Positions 25,291 to 25,408 of a stretch of 25,408 bases of DNA are shown piece by piece. The notes beneath the pieces are model-generated. The model was not told where the DNA came from, did no database searches, and saw only the letters and a program-made list of their open reading frames with translations. Position numbers and translations under genes: made by a program. The first letter of the stretch is position 1, and the number at the start of each line of letters is the position of its first letter. This stretch comes from a virus (Duplodnaviria; Caudoviricetes), in IMG/VR virus record IMGVR_UViG_3300035134_000066, positions 1 to 25,408 of that record; one strand, written 5' to 3'.

Positions 25291-25408
25291 GCCTGACAGA
25301 CAAAACTTTCCTTCGTGAAGACCTGGAGTTTTCCACCCGGCTGCCGTCGGACAAGTTTCTTGAAAACCGGCAACTTGAAGCTGAAATCGAACTGCGCGCC
25401 TGGATCAC
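25287..25408 (+). CDS. Partial CDS (MSLTDKTFLREDL...), probable head-tail connector, truncated by the window edge
   Basis: Open to the window end; ATGA coupling; position after the capsid gene. Confidence 0.45.
   Translation, partial: MSLTDKTFLREDLEFSTRLPSDKFLENRQLEAEIELRAWI

Larger units (their letters stand above)
1..25408. mobile_element. Transposable (Mu-like, B3/BcepMu-type organisation) prophage, partial; continues beyond the right edge
   Basis: Adjacent DDE transposase and AAA ATPase, DUF3164- and GemA-like genes, a central repressor, and a divergent terminase-portal-protease-capsid module. No host housekeeping genes seen. Ends not defined. Confidence 0.88.

Noticed and set aside
18681-25408. 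Minus-strand ORFs within the late module (e.g. 24360-24830, 24844-25218, 25133-25408)
   Set aside because: Antisense to terminase, portal and capsid genes; no independent support.

Overview
The whole window looks like the left ~25 kb of a transposable (Mu-like) prophage with a B3/BcepMu-type layout. A long leftward early operon (167-12082) encodes a DDE transposase, a MuB/ExeA-type AAA ATPase, DUF3164-, GemA-, DUF5131- and CII-like proteins, several Bro-N-like proteins and a second stand-alone DDE core. Next come a central XRE repressor, an AT-rich accessory block (ABC-permease-like protein, secreted protein, PEGA lipoprotein) and a second XRE regulator. The rightward late head module follows (small terminase, GpA-type large terminase, portal fused to a head-morphogenesis domain, protease/scaffold, decoration protein, major capsid) and runs off the right edge. 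The most striking unexplained structure is an array of 8 regularly spaced (33-35 bp) palindromes at 9872-10129 whose arms vary with compensating changes. It lies directly upstream of a Bro-N gene that carries a ninth copy of the same palindrome inside its DNA-binding domain (9628-9644). This may be a cassette library for diversifying that protein, an operator array or a hairpin-RNA array. Also notable are twin convergent sigma70 promoters forming an inverted repeat around the ner/cro-like region, and dispersed 9-bp-period repeats, some read in frame within genes. All family assignments come from motif recognition by eye, not database searches.
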